Shown one piece after another: positions 63,165 to 64,000 of a DNA stretch of 64,000 nucleotides. The position numbers were made by a program, and so were the translations under genes. Numbering within the stretch: position 1 is the stretch's first letter; every line of letters begins with the position of its first letter. The DNA lies in NCBI RefSeq assembly GCF_001194135.2, contig NC_068983.1:147804635-147868634 (forward strand). The letters are read 5' to 3'. The DNA is from Octopus bimaculoides (Eukaryota). Under the pieces are notes generated by a model. That model made no database searches, was not told where the DNA came from, and saw only the letters and a list, made by a program, of their open reading frames with translations.

Positions 63165-63217
63165 AGACGCGTTTCTGGATTATGAGTGATAAATACTCAA
63201 TTTCCTTCATCAATACG
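63165..63217 (-). ncRNA. Hammerhead motif (UUGAUGA core), truncated by an assembly gap
   Basis: CGUA-UUGAUGA-A-GG..UGAGU(auuuauc)ACUCA..CC-A-GAAA-CGCG-UC-U|gap. Palindromic ACGCGU stem III. Confidence 0.6.
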
Positions 63218-63829
63218 GTATTCCAGCAGTAAATTCGACTATGCTAGCAAACTGTGCAAGCATGAACGAGTAACATTCCACATCGACACAGATCTGAAAG
63301 CATAACCGAATCCACTTCGGCCAGCCAGTCTACTGTCCTTCCCTCAAGAAATTACCATGTGCGCGACAAGTGGTGAAGCAAATATTTGCTGATCCCTTAA
63401 TTATGTTTATAAATATATATGAGCTTTTAAATAAGTTCTCCACCAATAATGGTGCTTACATACCGATGGGCTTGGTAAAAAATTATTAATTGTTAATTGT
63501 TGATTTATTAATGAATTAATAAATTGATAATCCTTTACCCTTTTAATTTGTAATTTGTAGATATATACATAAATAGATATACATAAATAGATATATACTA
63601 TCCACATTTAATACAGTTTCTGACTTGTGCACAAGACCAGCAGTTTTACGGATAGGGATCTGGTTGATTACATCGAACCGAATACTTAAACTGGTGCCTC
63701 AATCGAGCCTGGAAGAGTGAATAGCAGAGTTGAGCTCAAATGGGTTTGAACTCAAAATGCAACTAGTCGGAGCAAATACCACAAAATATTTTGACCAATG
63801 CTTTACTGATCCTGCCATACATATATATA

Positions 63830-64000
63830 TTCTTTTAGTCGTTTCAGTCATTTGACTACGGCCATGCTGGAGCACCGCCTTTAGTCGAACAAATCGACCG
63901 GAGGACTTATTCTTTGTAAACCTAGTACTTATTTTATTGGTCTCTTTTGCCGAACCGCTAAGTTACGAAGATATAAACACATCACCATCAGTTGTCAAGC
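63830..64000 (-). mobile_element. SINE family B, 3' part, runs off the window
   Basis: Matches 2101-2270 closely (ggccatgctggagcaccgcctttagtcga...). Confidence 0.8.

Noticed and set aside
8975-63213. Long ORFs spanning N runs or made of HT/CV/YI/ER/poly-N/poly-I repeats
   Set aside because: Artefacts of assembly gaps and microsatellites.
1-64000. CRISPR array, operon or other prokaryotic system
   Set aside because: No regularly spaced repeat-spacer structure; spliceosomal introns and metazoan retroelements show the DNA is eukaryotic.

Overview
AT-rich, microsatellite-dense eukaryotic scaffold with about 5.5 kb of N gaps. The SINE families suggest an octopod cephalopod, probably Octopus; this is inference, not a database result. 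One host gene is supported: the 3' three coding exons of a clan-2 cytochrome P450 on the minus strand (50435-50140, 42284-41844, 23623-23373). They splice in frame through canonical GT-AG sites across introns of 7.9 and 18.2 kb; the 5' exons are not visible. The rest is transposon-derived: three decayed Tx1/L1-clade LINEs, an RTE LINE, CR1 fragments, a mariner, a LINE 5'UTR/ORF1 remnant, two Neptune-type Penelope-like (PLE) GIY-YIG fragments and many tRNA-derived SINEs. The main unannotated signal is a dense set of minimal hammerhead-ribozyme (HHR) motifs, about 8 well formed and 3 or more decayed, several with short palindromic stem III. They sit in PLE ends and in short non-coding elements beside or inside dinucleotide microsatellites. 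They include a tandem pair about 320 nt apart, a two-copy family with a non-canonical CUGUUGA core, and an intact copy in the sense strand of the P450 intron. Most ORFs in the supplied track are microsatellite or N-run artefacts.
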